From NCBI RefSeq assembly GCF_001194135.2, contig NC_068984.1, forward strand, positions 30,170,618 through 30,234,617: 64,000 nt of DNA, in the 5' to 3' direction. The DNA comes from Octopus bimaculoides. Taxonomy: Eukaryota. Of this stretch, positions 52,655 to 64,000 are shown piece by piece (positions within the stretch are counted from its first letter, which is position 1; each line of letters begins with the position of its first letter). Position numbers and translations under genes: made by a program. The notes under the pieces were generated by a model, which was not told the origin of the DNA, did no database searches, and was given only the letters and a program-made list of their open reading frames with translations.

Positions 52655-53753
52655 TATATATGTTTAAATAGATATCTGCAAATGTATGTAAATAGGTAAT
52701 TGCGTATAGTCTTTTATTTTTTTATATATGTATATGTACATATATATAGAGAGAAACATACATCCATATATATATATATAAATATACATATACCTATGTA
52801 CATATACTTATATTAAAGTATATAAATATGTATAGAGGGAGACTTCACATAAAAAAAAAGACGAAGACAAGTAGTGTAGACAACAAACAGATGTATTAGT
52901 ATAATGCGCAGAAAGTGGAAAAGACTAACCTTTCAAGCCTATGCTCTTCAACAGAAAGGAACACAGAAAGAAACAAGGAGAGAAAATAAATAATGTGTAG
53001 TGGCTAGCGATCTATTATGGTGAATGTTGAGCTTCAATATAGTTCCCATCAACCGTTTTCATTTACCAAGTATTCATTTGACTGAGGCTATACTGGAAAT
53101 CACATAATCATGATGCCACATAGTAAGAAAAAACCCAAATCCACATGGTTTCTAAGCAAACCTTTTAACTATACAGCTATACATGCACTGTAAATATATA
53201 TGTGTGTGTGTGTGTTTGTGTGTGTATGTGCATGTGTGTTTGTGTGTGTGTGTGTGTCTATGTTTGTGTGAACAAGTCTGTATACATACACACGCACATA
53301 CAAACATGCATGCTTACACATGAATGCCTTGAACATTAAGGAAATGTTATTATGCAAGAAACAGAATCATTCATTATGCAGGAAAAAGCTGTCATATGGA
53401 ATATACATATACAAAAAAAAAATGTAGTATCTTTCCACCATTCTGAGTTGAAGCCTATCAAAACAAATATTATTAAGCATATATTGAATATATTTAACGA
53501 TAATATATTAGAAATGTTGCACTGGAGATGATAAATGAGGGAATAAATTACAGTACATTCAGTTTTCACCAATCAGTCACATTATTCAGTGTTCTGAGTT
53601 CAAACCTTGTGATACACTTACTTTGTTATTATGTCTCTTCAAATGAATAAAATATATCCAGTAATCTCTATCATAATCCTGGAGAGGATTTATTTGATAG
53701 TTTGTGACAAATAATTTCCTTAAATAAGTCAACTAGTCAGTGTAATAACAAAT

Positions 53754-54050
53754 TGGAAGAAGTTCAAGGAGCTATCACTACAGCTAGTAATAAAGGGTTT
53801 CTCCCTCAGGGCAAATGGTAGGTTGTTGACATGGATACATTGTATGATGTTATATAGCAGTGAGATGCAGAGTTTGAATGCAAAGAATTTGCTAAGTCTA
53901 GAAAGAAATGAAACAGGCTCGTTTCAATGAATATGTAATGTCAGTGAGCACAAATGATGGTTTAGTAATGAACTGAGAGAAAAATTGAATAGACGAGGTA
54001 TCAGACGTAGTGTGCAAGTGAGTGCTGGAATGGACTTATGATGCACATTG
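53754..54050 (+). mobile_element. RTE LINE ORF remnant
   Basis: WKKFKELSLQLVIKGFSLRANGRLL..MLYSSEM..LERNETG..ICNVS..ELREKLNRRGIRRSVQ; its end overlaps the same ORF region as the 16.0-16.16 kb RTE (LREKLDLRSIRCGMQ). Confidence 0.75.
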
Positions 54051-55149
54051 AAAATAATGATATATTCAAGCTCAAGCCCTATAATGAAATTCTGCATGCT
54101 CAGAAATAAATTGTACCTGCAGGTGAGGGAGACAGAGAAAGGTTTGGGATGAAGTGGTGAAGAGTGACTTCAATGATACACCTGATGTAGGAGATGCAAA
54201 AAAGTGTGTTGATTGTAATTTACATAGCTGGAGAAGAACAGACAAGAGAAGATACATACAGCATTGTAAATAAGGCAAATCTAAAGCCAAAGAATGGTAG
54301 TAGTAATATAGACTGAGTTATATGTATATATACATATAAATATATATTTAAAAATGTTTATGTATTTGTGTGTGTCTGAACATATATGTATGTTTATCCA
54401 TTCCCAAGTCTACTCATGCTTTCTTCTTGCACTTTGACACCTTCTTATCTCTTTAGCTCTCTCTTTTCTATTACCTTTACGTCTGTCAGTCAACCTCTGT
54501 CATTCATCAGTAAGAGATCCTTATATTTTCTTTCCCTCTGTCATCTTCCACATCACCTTTGCTACCAATCTCACGGCTTATGTATAAGAAATCTCGTTGA
54601 ATCTATGTATCATTTTTCCCCTGTCACCTTATTTGTCCCTTGACATCTTCCACCCATCTTGAGGTCTCAACTTAAGAGAACCTACTGAACCTACACACTA
54701 CCTTTACCCTCCTCCCCTGTACATATTACCAGTCACCCCTACACTTACTCTGCCATTATATTGTAGCTCCTTTGCATCCAAGCATCTTGGGTTTTTCCTG
54801 TCGGTACTTTATCTTCTGAGTCTCATAAACTCTCTGTTATTGCTCTCTCTCCTCTCAATCAAAATTACCCTGGCTCTATGTACAGGCCTCAGAATATTGC
54901 ATACTCCTTTCCTCTGTTAAACATTTCTTTTCCTATCTGATCACTTATCAATTATACCTCTATTACTCATGTCCATCTGTAAAAAGATTGGTGAATAAGC
55001 TCAGAAGCAGGATCAGAAGCTTCCTTTAGTCTTATTGTGGCCATGTCTAGCTCTCTGGTGTTACGACAATGTAAACTACCCTCACTATATTCTGCAAGGT
55101 GTATGGCTGAGATAACCTCTTTGTCTTGTTGAAAACATGGCTCCCACTT

Positions 55150-55577
55150 AGTGTGGTTGTGTTGTTAGAAGCTTTCTTTCCAACTACAGGGTTCTGGGTT
55201 TAGTCCCACTGCATGGCACCTTGGACAAATGTCTTCTATTATAGCCTCAGGTCGACCAAATCCTCGGGAGTGGATTTGGTACATGGAAACTGAAAGAAGC
55301 CTGTTTTATTTTATATATATGTGTGTGTGTGTATATGTATATTATGTATATGTATATATTTATGTGTGCGTGTCTTTGTGCCTGTGTTTGTCCCTCCATC
55401 ACTGCTTAACAACTGGTGTTGGTGTGTTTACATCCCTGTAACTTTGCAGTTTGACAAAAGAAATCTGAAGTATTAAGCTTAAAAATAATAAATCCTGTGG
55501 TTGAATTGTTCATCTAAAAATCCTTCAAGGCGGTGCTCCAGCATGGCTGCACTCAAATGACTGAAACAAATAAAAGA
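55150..55577 (+). mobile_element. Older SINE family A copy
   Basis: gtcccactgcatggcaccttggacaaatgtcttctattatagcctcagg...ggcggtgctccagcatggctgcactcaaatgactgaaacaaataaaaga. Confidence 0.8.
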
Positions 55578-55914
55578 CAGGCTTGCATTTTGTAGCAAAG
55601 ATGATGACAGTTATATCCTTACTGATATTTCTGAATTTTTGTCAAGATGGAGAGAGTGCTTATACTGAAGTATTCTTTCATACAGCTATATAAAAGATGA
55701 GATCCACGTCTTCACACCCCATGAAGAGTCCAATATATTTGAAATGTTCACAAACGTAGATGAGCATATATGTTTTAATTGTTACCTCAGCAATACTAGT
55801 TTCCCTTCCCACTCAACTTTGGTTGAACTGAATGATGCGAAGTCTACACTGACTGTTGAAGGAAAGTAGACAGCAGATATGTAAAGTCTAAATCATGCTA
55901 TGTAGTAGTTGCTG

Positions 55915-56229
55915 TGAAGGCGCATGGCTCAGTGGTTAGAGCATCAAGGTTACAATCGTGAGGCTGTGAGTTCGAATCCTGGACCGGGTTGTGTGTTGTG
56001 TTCTTGAGCAAGACACTTTATTTCACGTTGCTCCAGTTCACTCAGCTGTAGAAATGAGTTGTGACGTCCAGGTGCCAAGGATAACACTGGTGGCGTGGAG
56101 AGGGGAGGCTGGTATGCATGGGCGACTGCTGGTCTTCCATAAACAAACTTGCCTGGAATTTTGCCGGGTGGGGGGGGTAACTTTCTAGGTGCAATCCCAT
56201 GGTCAGTCATGACCAAAGGGGGTCTCAAC
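55915..56229 (+). mobile_element. tRNA-derived SINE family C with an 11-bp target-site duplication
   Basis: A box tggctcagtggttagagc, B box gttcgaatcc, central tgtgttcttgagcaagacactttatttcac..ctcagctgtagaaatg (CORE/V/Nin-like); agtagttgctg at 55904-55914 and 56230-56240. Confidence 0.9.
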
Positions 56230-58199
56230 AGTAGTTGCTGCATATGGTGCTTTATATCTGGAATAATACATTGGTAAAGAGGCATTTGCACATATTATGG
56301 ATTGCTAAGCATGAATTCCTGTTAATGCAGTAATACTTCTTAAACAAGTATTTCTAAAGAGCTACATTCTGAGTCCTTATCATGGATGGCCTTGTAGATG
56401 GTAGTGGACATTCATTCATTGAAATGTAGTAATTTCTGGAAGCAGTTGGTAGATTTGCTTAATTTTCTCTTTGGAACCCTAAAAGTGACAGGTGAAAGAT
56501 TTTAGGAATCTGTTGATTTCCAGCATTATGTGATATAAATCATTTAATTTTTCTTGTCGCAGCATCTGTCTTGGATATGAATGATTTCATTATGTATCTG
56601 GTTTTGGTGGAAGTAATTGTTATTGACAATGACTGAGAAGAGTTGATGAATACTGGTCGTAGTGAAGCCAAAACAACAAAGGTTGTGTGGGATGCGATGC
56701 ATTTTGTCAGCAGGTTGACAGTCAGTATCATAAACTCTGAAGTATATAGAAATGTAACATTCTATCAAGGAGCATTTTATCTGAAATATAAGGGAGCTCT
56801 AAATATTTTCAAAGTAACACTTCAATTTTCTTGCTATTGTTGTTTTGATATCTTTAGCTCCATTTCCATAGCAGCAACTTCCTAAAACAAACTCACTTTT
56901 CATATTCAAATATGCTTCAAGCAAACTATGTATGCATGCGTGTGTATGTGCATGAGCATGTGTGTGTGTGTATGTGTGTGTGTGTGTGTGTGTTTGTATA
57001 TGTGTATACTTTTAGAGAGAAGTAATTTATTTGGAAAGGTAAGGAAAATGTTTTCATTACTTTCAAAATAAAATAGATGAATGAAATCGTTGTTTCTATT
57101 TCTTCCAGTAGTAGTAATTTTATGTTCTCTCCTATTTTTTGTTATGACACTTTCTCTTTGTCTATATACTGTTTCTGTTGGGTTATTCTTAAGAACTTAA
57201 TATTTCCCCTGAGTTTTCCCTGTATGCTGTCGTATCCCATATGGTTGCTTTGTTTCAGATTCATATTTCATACGATGAGGAAATAGAAAACAAAAAAAAA
57301 AAAATGCAAATTGACAATAAAACATGCCAGGGAAGAGAATAGTTATAGTAGCTTTATGAATTCCATTAGAATTATGATGAAAACAAACATTTCAACAATG
57401 TTATTTTTACTACTGCAACTTCTGGAATCACTTGGTATTACTTGCATTATTTGTATACATTTGTACATATTTGTATTTTAAAAAATTGTTTTGTTTATTC
57501 TTATTTATTTTGTCATTGTTTTGTTCTGTCTCCTATGTTTTGTCCTTTTATTTGATATTAGGCTGTCAAAAAATGATTTATATGTTCGATAATGCTATTT
57601 TCACACAAATACTAATAGCTTGATTCAATTTGTTTTCTTTTATTTTTATTACTTTGTTGTTTCCTTTCTTATTTTTTAAATCAATTTTTTTTTTTACATG
57701 TAATATGAATTTATGATTAATAAGTAAAATGATGGCATGCAAAGCTTTTTACAGAAAAAATATTGAAAAACAAACATATGCTTGTAAATAATAATGTTTT
57801 CATTTTAGAATTATTTAAACAGAACTGGGACAATTATTATACCTTCCTTGAGGTAGCCCAAATATTGTAATTTTTTACCTGCTCAGGAAAAAAATGCACA
57901 TATATATAAATAAATAAGAATCAATCCATAATTTAACAAAACACGAAAATATTGGTAGTTTTATTTTACACAATATATTCTGAAGTAGAACCAGGAGGCA
58001 TTTCTTTTAACACCTAAATTGGACTACACAACTGAACCTCATGACTGTTTGTGAATATATACAATGTGCCGCTTTCTTTAGAGCATATCTTCTTGAAGAT
58101 ATCTTACCTGTTTTCTTTGTTGGAGTGGGTTTTCAATATCCATATATCTTTTCATGTATTTTGTGCATCATCTTTTTATTGAATGAAATCTGTTATTTT

Positions 58200-58385
58200 C
58201 AAGTAGAGCTTCCAGTATGTTACATTCTATCTGATCTACTTTTACTACACGTTACCTTTCACCACCAGCTGAAGCTTTTCATCCCCAGCTGGCCTCATTC
58301 ATTTCCATCACATAAATGTAGACGCCTTTCAAGCTTATGTTAGTTAACATCCTTCATGCCTAGTCTCTTTCTCAACTCTCTTTCG
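58200..58385 (-). mobile_element. Decayed RTE C-terminal remnant
   Basis: RLGMKDVN*HKLERRLHL..; LVVKG; TCSKSRS parallel the RTE end seen at 16.0 kb. Confidence 0.35.
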
Positions 58386-60339
58386 CTTCTACTTCTCTAA
58401 TAGCATACAATATAAACATTCTTAAATTCCTTATATCTGATTAAATTTTTGTTGGCAACAAATAAGCTTTGTTGTCAGCAATGACAAACGTTACCTCAAC
58501 AAGTTTCATCACTGTCATAGATATTTATGTAGGTGTGAATTGGCAGGCTTGTTACAGTGTTGAATTAAATTTCTCATGATAGTTGTGATGACTTTATACA
58601 CTCTGAATTCAAATAATGTTGAGGTCTACTTTGCCCTTTATATTTTTGTAGTTGATTAAAAAAAACATATAACTCCCAGGCACTGGTCTATCAGAATTAT
58701 TAGAGTATTGGATGGGATGCCTTGTGTATACTGCCTCTGTGCATAATGAGTTCAAATCCAGTCCAAAAATGGTGACACTTCTGTCTAGAGTTGTAATAAT
58801 AAGATAGCAATTTTAAATGCCAATGGGAACATGGTTTCCTTGGTTTAATCAGATCAACTGTTACCACTTCATCACACAGAACAGGTTTACTACCCTTACA
58901 GAATAAGTCAATCTTTCAGATCATTAGCTTTTCCTTTTAATTATTATCTACTTTTATTAATCAACAAAGAAAATGTGTTTTTTGTGCAATTACTGTGAAT
59001 AATTCATCATGACTGTTACAAGAACCAGCCTTTTTCTCTATAGCTATGTCTGCCTCTTCATTGTTGTCACTCATTCTCTATCTCTTTCTATTCAAGTATT
59101 TCAGAAAGAGAGAGAAAAAAAAACAAAATGATTTTAGAAAAACTGAAGGTGGTAAATAAACAAAAAATAATCATGATGTACACAAATATATTTCCAGATT
59201 TTTCTTACACTATTACCAACACTTTTATAACTTATGCGCTTCCATCATTTGCTAACAGTACTTCATTTCATCTTTCTGCCTTTCTCCATCTTTTTTCTGG
59301 ACAGATAGTAGGGTGCTGTTTGAAGGAGATTTAGCTATTATTTCTCAAAATAAATGCAACTGAAGCATTTGATGTGAGATGGCAGATTATAATATACACT
59401 TTTTTGAGCATTCATTTAGTTGTTTCTCAATATATAAGTCAGACATATCTACAAACAATTCCTATCTATAGACAGAGATTATATTCTATGGTCTAATAAA
59501 TATACATTCACTGCTCAGGTCTGTTCACTTACAGCACTCTAATCCACACTTCTTTGCTTCTATTATCTGTTATGTAATTTAAGTCTCTTCAATTGTTCTG
59601 ATCAATTTACATTTATGCTTCCTAGGATGAAGTTCATATAAGGAGTGTATTCAATTGGTATTACTTCTTTCATGGAAAGTAGCTTTGTGTCTAACAAAAC
59701 AAAATCAATATTAAGAGAGGAATCCTGTTGCCACACATTTCAAAACACACTCACACACACACATACAGACACACATGTGCCAATGTGCACACATACACAC
59801 ACAAAGTGCATTTACAATAGATTTTAATACTTGTTGATGTAATAAGACTGTTTGCATATATAATTAGAACAGTTAAAATTATGAAGATACTAATTTGGTG
59901 GCCTCATCGAAAATTTCTTCCTTGTTTGAATGACACTGGTGGCATAGCTTAAGGGTTCCACCTTGATATGTATCAACTTCCCCCTACAATTAGTAAATAT
60001 TGGTATCAAGGAGGAAAAGTAGGTTTTATAAGAGATCATTCAATTCTTTTCCAGAGCAGGTCTTCTGCCATTAGTACCAACTTGGCTCCCCTGGCACAAA
60101 TCTGATACACAGCTCTTGCCTGTAACTCCACGAACTGTTTGCATGTAGCAGTTCACTACATTCTGGAGAGAATATTGACAGGCTGGCTAAAACACATTGA
60201 AGGTGACCAATATGCCTTAAACACTCAGTGAAGATATGTAAGTTGCTTGTCACTTAACGTATAGTAAAAGGGAAATTTCAGCAGACTGTGAAGTGGAAAA
60301 CCCAATTATTTGTGGTCTGGTAATCAACAGGTAGGAGGG

Positions 60340-60500
60340 CATTGCTTTGGGAGAAACATACCTCAGAATATAGTGGGACAATGAAATATTGCTTCTTCTA
60401 CAGTTTCTTCACTCTTCAGGGAACACTGAATGCTTACTATAGGTAGAAGTTGCAATTCTCTATCTGTCCTCACAGCTATACCTTCCATTATTGATACTCT
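60340..60500 (-). mobile_element. Possible L1/Tx1 C-terminal zinc-knuckle remnant
   Basis: AVRTDRELQLLPIVSIQCSLKSEETVEEAIFHCP (cf. C..C..EET..H.F.CP); the His ligand is not conserved. Confidence 0.25.
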
Positions 60501-61971
60501 TAAATAAGAGCTATCAGTCTCTCAAGAGAAAGGTTCTGGGTCATTTACGAAACTGAAGGATACACATGTATTTTTCATTTGTGTCCAGCCCAGAAAATCA
60601 CGCAGCAGTGTAACTATTACGTGTAATTCAACCTGCAAGAAATGGCTGCCAAGTCCACATCAAATCACAACCTACTATCTTTAAAAAAAATCAAACAAGT
60701 ATATAACATTCAAATATATATGGCTTATATTTCAATTCAAACAAATAAGTGGTGAATTTGTAGTCATTAGAGCATGGTATTTGTTCTGATATTCAGAACT
60801 CTGAATTCAAATTCCACTGAGTCCAACTTTGCTGTTCATCGTTTTGGAATCAATTAAAAAATACTGATCCATGAAATTGGATGTACGGAAGTGTAAGAAA
60901 GTCAGTCCAAAAAACTTACAGTATTTTTTTAAAGCTCTTTGTGTTTGAGTTCAAATCCTGCTGTAGCCTACTTTGGTGGTTGACTTAATCCATTGCCTTA
61001 CTTAATACCCCTAACAAAAGCTATGGGTACTTCTAGCTCGCTCTGTTGTAAGCATTCAGGCCAAGTTTTCTGTTTGAGGATAGCCTCCTCCCACCACACC
61101 ATAGCTTCAGAGGCCATATGAAATATTATGGATATTACCCACCTTCCAGACTAAAAGGATTTTAAACAATCAGTTTAAAAAGTTCACACAAACAAAACAA
61201 AATTTCCCACTGGTTTGAGTGTTAATCTTTTAACTTTAACTTGTTTCAGTCGCTGTTGAGAGAGCCCATGCTGGGGCACTTATTTGAAAGATATTTTCTA
61301 TAAACAAATGGATTCCTGTATTTATTTTCCTTTTTTAAGTCTGCTACTTATTTTATATGAATGTTTTACCAACTCATGAGGATCTACAAGAGTCACTAAC
61401 AAGGTATTGGTCAGCCTGGGACTATAGCAGAAGACACTTGCTCAAGTTTCTGTGTAGTGAGACTGAACCTGAAACCATGTAGTTGCAAAATGAGCTTCTT
61501 AACAACACAGTCTAATGCACATAATGAATCTTCATATCTTTGCTCTAACATCTGCCAATATACATATGTACAGGTGCATCAGATATGTAAACCAAATGCA
61601 TAAACAATATGAAGAATCTGTTTCACTTCAAAGCAAAAAGCCCAAATTACTCTCTAGTAATTCAGAGACAAAAAATGTTCTGACATCCATTGCAATGGCA
61701 AATGTTAGGAATTTTCCATTTTGAATCAAAGCTAATCCCTAAAAAGCGAAAGAATTAAATTATTTTCAACCTTCTTTTCTTTGACTAAGTTGCAATCTTA
61801 AGCTGTGTCCAGAACAGAGAATTAAAGTGAAACAAGAAATTTAACTTTTGTATGGAGTATTGTGTATAAAGAAATTATGCAAAGCTATAGATTAGTTTTA
61901 CAATATTGTAAAATGAATAAAAGTACATAAAACATAAATATGTATAATAAATAATAAATAATGACAATATA

Positions 61972-62003
<32 letters not shown>

Positions 62004-62937
62004 GCATGTATGTGTGTGTGTGTGTGTGCGTGTGTTTGGTTTTACCTTAATACAGTTTTGATATAATGTTGTTGAACAATTTCAATAATTTGAATATATA
62101 ATGAAATAGTAAAATTAGAAATGCTGTTAGCATTTAAAGCTTACTATCTGTAAGATGGATGTGTGTGTTTGTGTGTGCATATGTGTGTGTGTGTGTGTAT
62201 GCGTGCATGTGTGTGTGTGCAAGCATGCATGCATATATATGTGCATATGTACGATTATCATCATCATCAAGGTATTATGTTTCAAGTGTCATTATCATCT
62301 AAAACAGAGGTGGAGAACCCTTTTTCATTGAAAGCTGTATTGAAGTTAACTGCCACAAGAGAATGCCACATTAAAAATGACTTATATGACTAAAATTAAA
62401 TTATTGATGAAAACTATAGCAAAATGTTCATGGCTGCCTTTAAAAGGACTATATATGTTGAGAAGTCAGTGTGCGGTGCTGGGGTACAGCTTGAATTTAC
62501 ATTTTCCAGATTAATCATACAGGTAGGTTAAATAATATAAATTGTTGTCTTCAAAATTTACAAACAGTTGAAATGATAGGCATTATTAAGATTTAATCAA
62601 TAAAAATATATACAATATAAGAATGTTTTTTTGTATTCTTCCTATCTACTTGGAGAGTTTAAATGTAATAATAAAAAATATGTCCTTCCATTGAAATGCA
62701 ATTTCAGTAAATTTCTATATCTTTGTGCAGCTGAGGATTGCTCTGCTTTTTACATTTGATGTAATGTTCACATTGCTTAAATAAATGGGTCGCATGAAAC
62801 GATCGTACTGCATTAACTTTGGATATCTTTGTTGCTTATTTTGATTTTTATCACCTTACTTTGAAATTGTATGGATACTACCATGCTTAATTCTGGTGCC
62901 TAAACTTAAGTACCATATTCACCTTGAATCTATATAT

Positions 62938-62983
<46 letters not shown>

Positions 62984-63074
62984 TCAGAAAAAACACAAAA
63001 AACAATAACAAAAAAACAACAAAGTGAGGACGTGATACGGATAGTGTTATTGGACGCTCGGGAAAGGAAGGAGA

Positions 63075-63120
63075 GAGAGTATGACGTTTCGGGCGGAGCC
63101 CTTCGTCGGAAAGACAGAAA
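63075..63120 (-). ncRNA. Hammerhead-ribozyme-like core motif (minimal, Penelope-type), probably decayed
   Basis: Minus strand 5'-CCGACGA A GGGC-UCC-GCCC GAAAC GUC-3': CUGANGA-like core with U4C, 4-bp stem II, GAAA, palindromic ACGU and a GUC triplet. Stem I is not evident. Confidence 0.4.
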
Positions 63121-63279
63121 GTTCGGAGAATGGAAAAACGGAGGAAGAGGAAAATGGCACCGATGCCCACGAGGTTACATTGTGAAAGGACCGGAAGAGG
63201 AGGTGGTGGGGGAAAAGTTCTTTCTAAGACAGGAGAGTGAAAAAAGGAGGTGAATATCTGTGCGTGTGCGAGAGTCTGC

Positions 63280-64000
63280 TAGTGTGTGTGTGATAACAGA
63301 ACGTGTGTGTGCGTATGTATGTATGTGTGTGTGTGTGTGCATGGTTTGGTTGTTTATCTGTTAGTGTGTATGTGTGTTTGTGTGTGTGTGTGTGAGTGAC
63401 GTAGTGGAAGAAATTAGCAGCAGGAATAGTTAGTGGGTGCTTATGGACAATGGTTAGTGGTGGGTCAGCAGGCAGTATTTGAATATGTGTGTGTTTGTGT
63501 GGGGTTGTAGGTGTTGGGTACGTGTGCGTGTGTGTGTATTTTGTACGTGCGCGTGTGCGTATGTGTATGTTTTTGTGCGTGCGTGTGTGTTTGTGTGTAT
63601 GTGTATGTTGTGTATATGTGCGTTGCTGTGTACGTGTGTGTGCGTGCATTTGCTATTGTATGTGCGTGTGTTGTTTATGCCCATGTGTGTGTGATTGTAT
63701 GCGTGTCTGTGTGAGTGTGTTGTGTTGGTGAGAAGTGTGTGTGCGTGTGTATGTGTATGTGGGTTGCGTGCGTGTGTGTGTGGGATTGTGATGTGTGTCG
63801 GGTTGTGAGTGTTAGGTACGGGTGCGTGTGTGTGTATGATCGTGTGTTTATGTGTGTCTGTATGTGTGTGTCCGTGTGCTCGTGTGTGTATATTTTTTGT
63901 GCGTGCGTGTCTGTGTATATTGTGTATGTTTTCGTGCGTGCGTGTGTGTGTGGGATTGTGATGTGTGTCGGGTTGTGAGTGTTAGGTACGGGTGCGTGTG
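63280..64000. repeat. TG-rich degenerate tract with higher-order ~170-bp periodicity
   Basis: A 66-bp block is repeated exactly at 63765-63830 and 63935-64000; a diverged copy lies near 63495-63600. Confidence 0.85.

Noticed and set aside
54400-54950. Pyrimidine-rich stretch and 85-aa ORF
   Set aside because: Compositional bias; at most a faint RTE endonuclease remnant on the minus strand.
55919-55990. tRNA gene
   Set aside because: A and B boxes are present but no full cloverleaf or terminator, and it continues into a SINE body with a TSD.
63224-63978. Multiple HT/CV-rich ORFs
   Set aside because: Translations of the TG-rich repeat.

Overview
AT-rich eukaryotic genomic DNA with two assembly gaps and no recognisable host protein-coding gene, tRNA or rRNA. 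The repeat families resemble those I recall from octopus (coleoid cephalopod) genomes; this taxon call is an inference. The window is mostly a layered record of decayed transposable elements: a Gypsy RT remnant (~2.1-2.6 kb), Penelope-like pieces (RT ~6.3-6.8 kb, GIY-YIG ~36.9-37.3 kb, a hammerhead-like terminal motif ~63.1 kb), a CR1-type RT split by an RTE 3' end that itself carries a SINE (14.5-16.5 kb), two Tc1 fragments, a ~3-4 kb Helitron Rep/helicase fossil (27.9-30.9 kb), a hAT C-terminal remnant, several RTE remnants, several MITEs, three tRNA-derived SINE families and many microsatellites. Most ORF-track entries are microsatellite or TE by-products. The most notable signals are the hammerhead-like motif, an E2F plus double NRF1 cluster at 3.55-3.64 kb, and the Helitron fossil. 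All protein-family calls come from hand translation and recalled motifs, not database searches.
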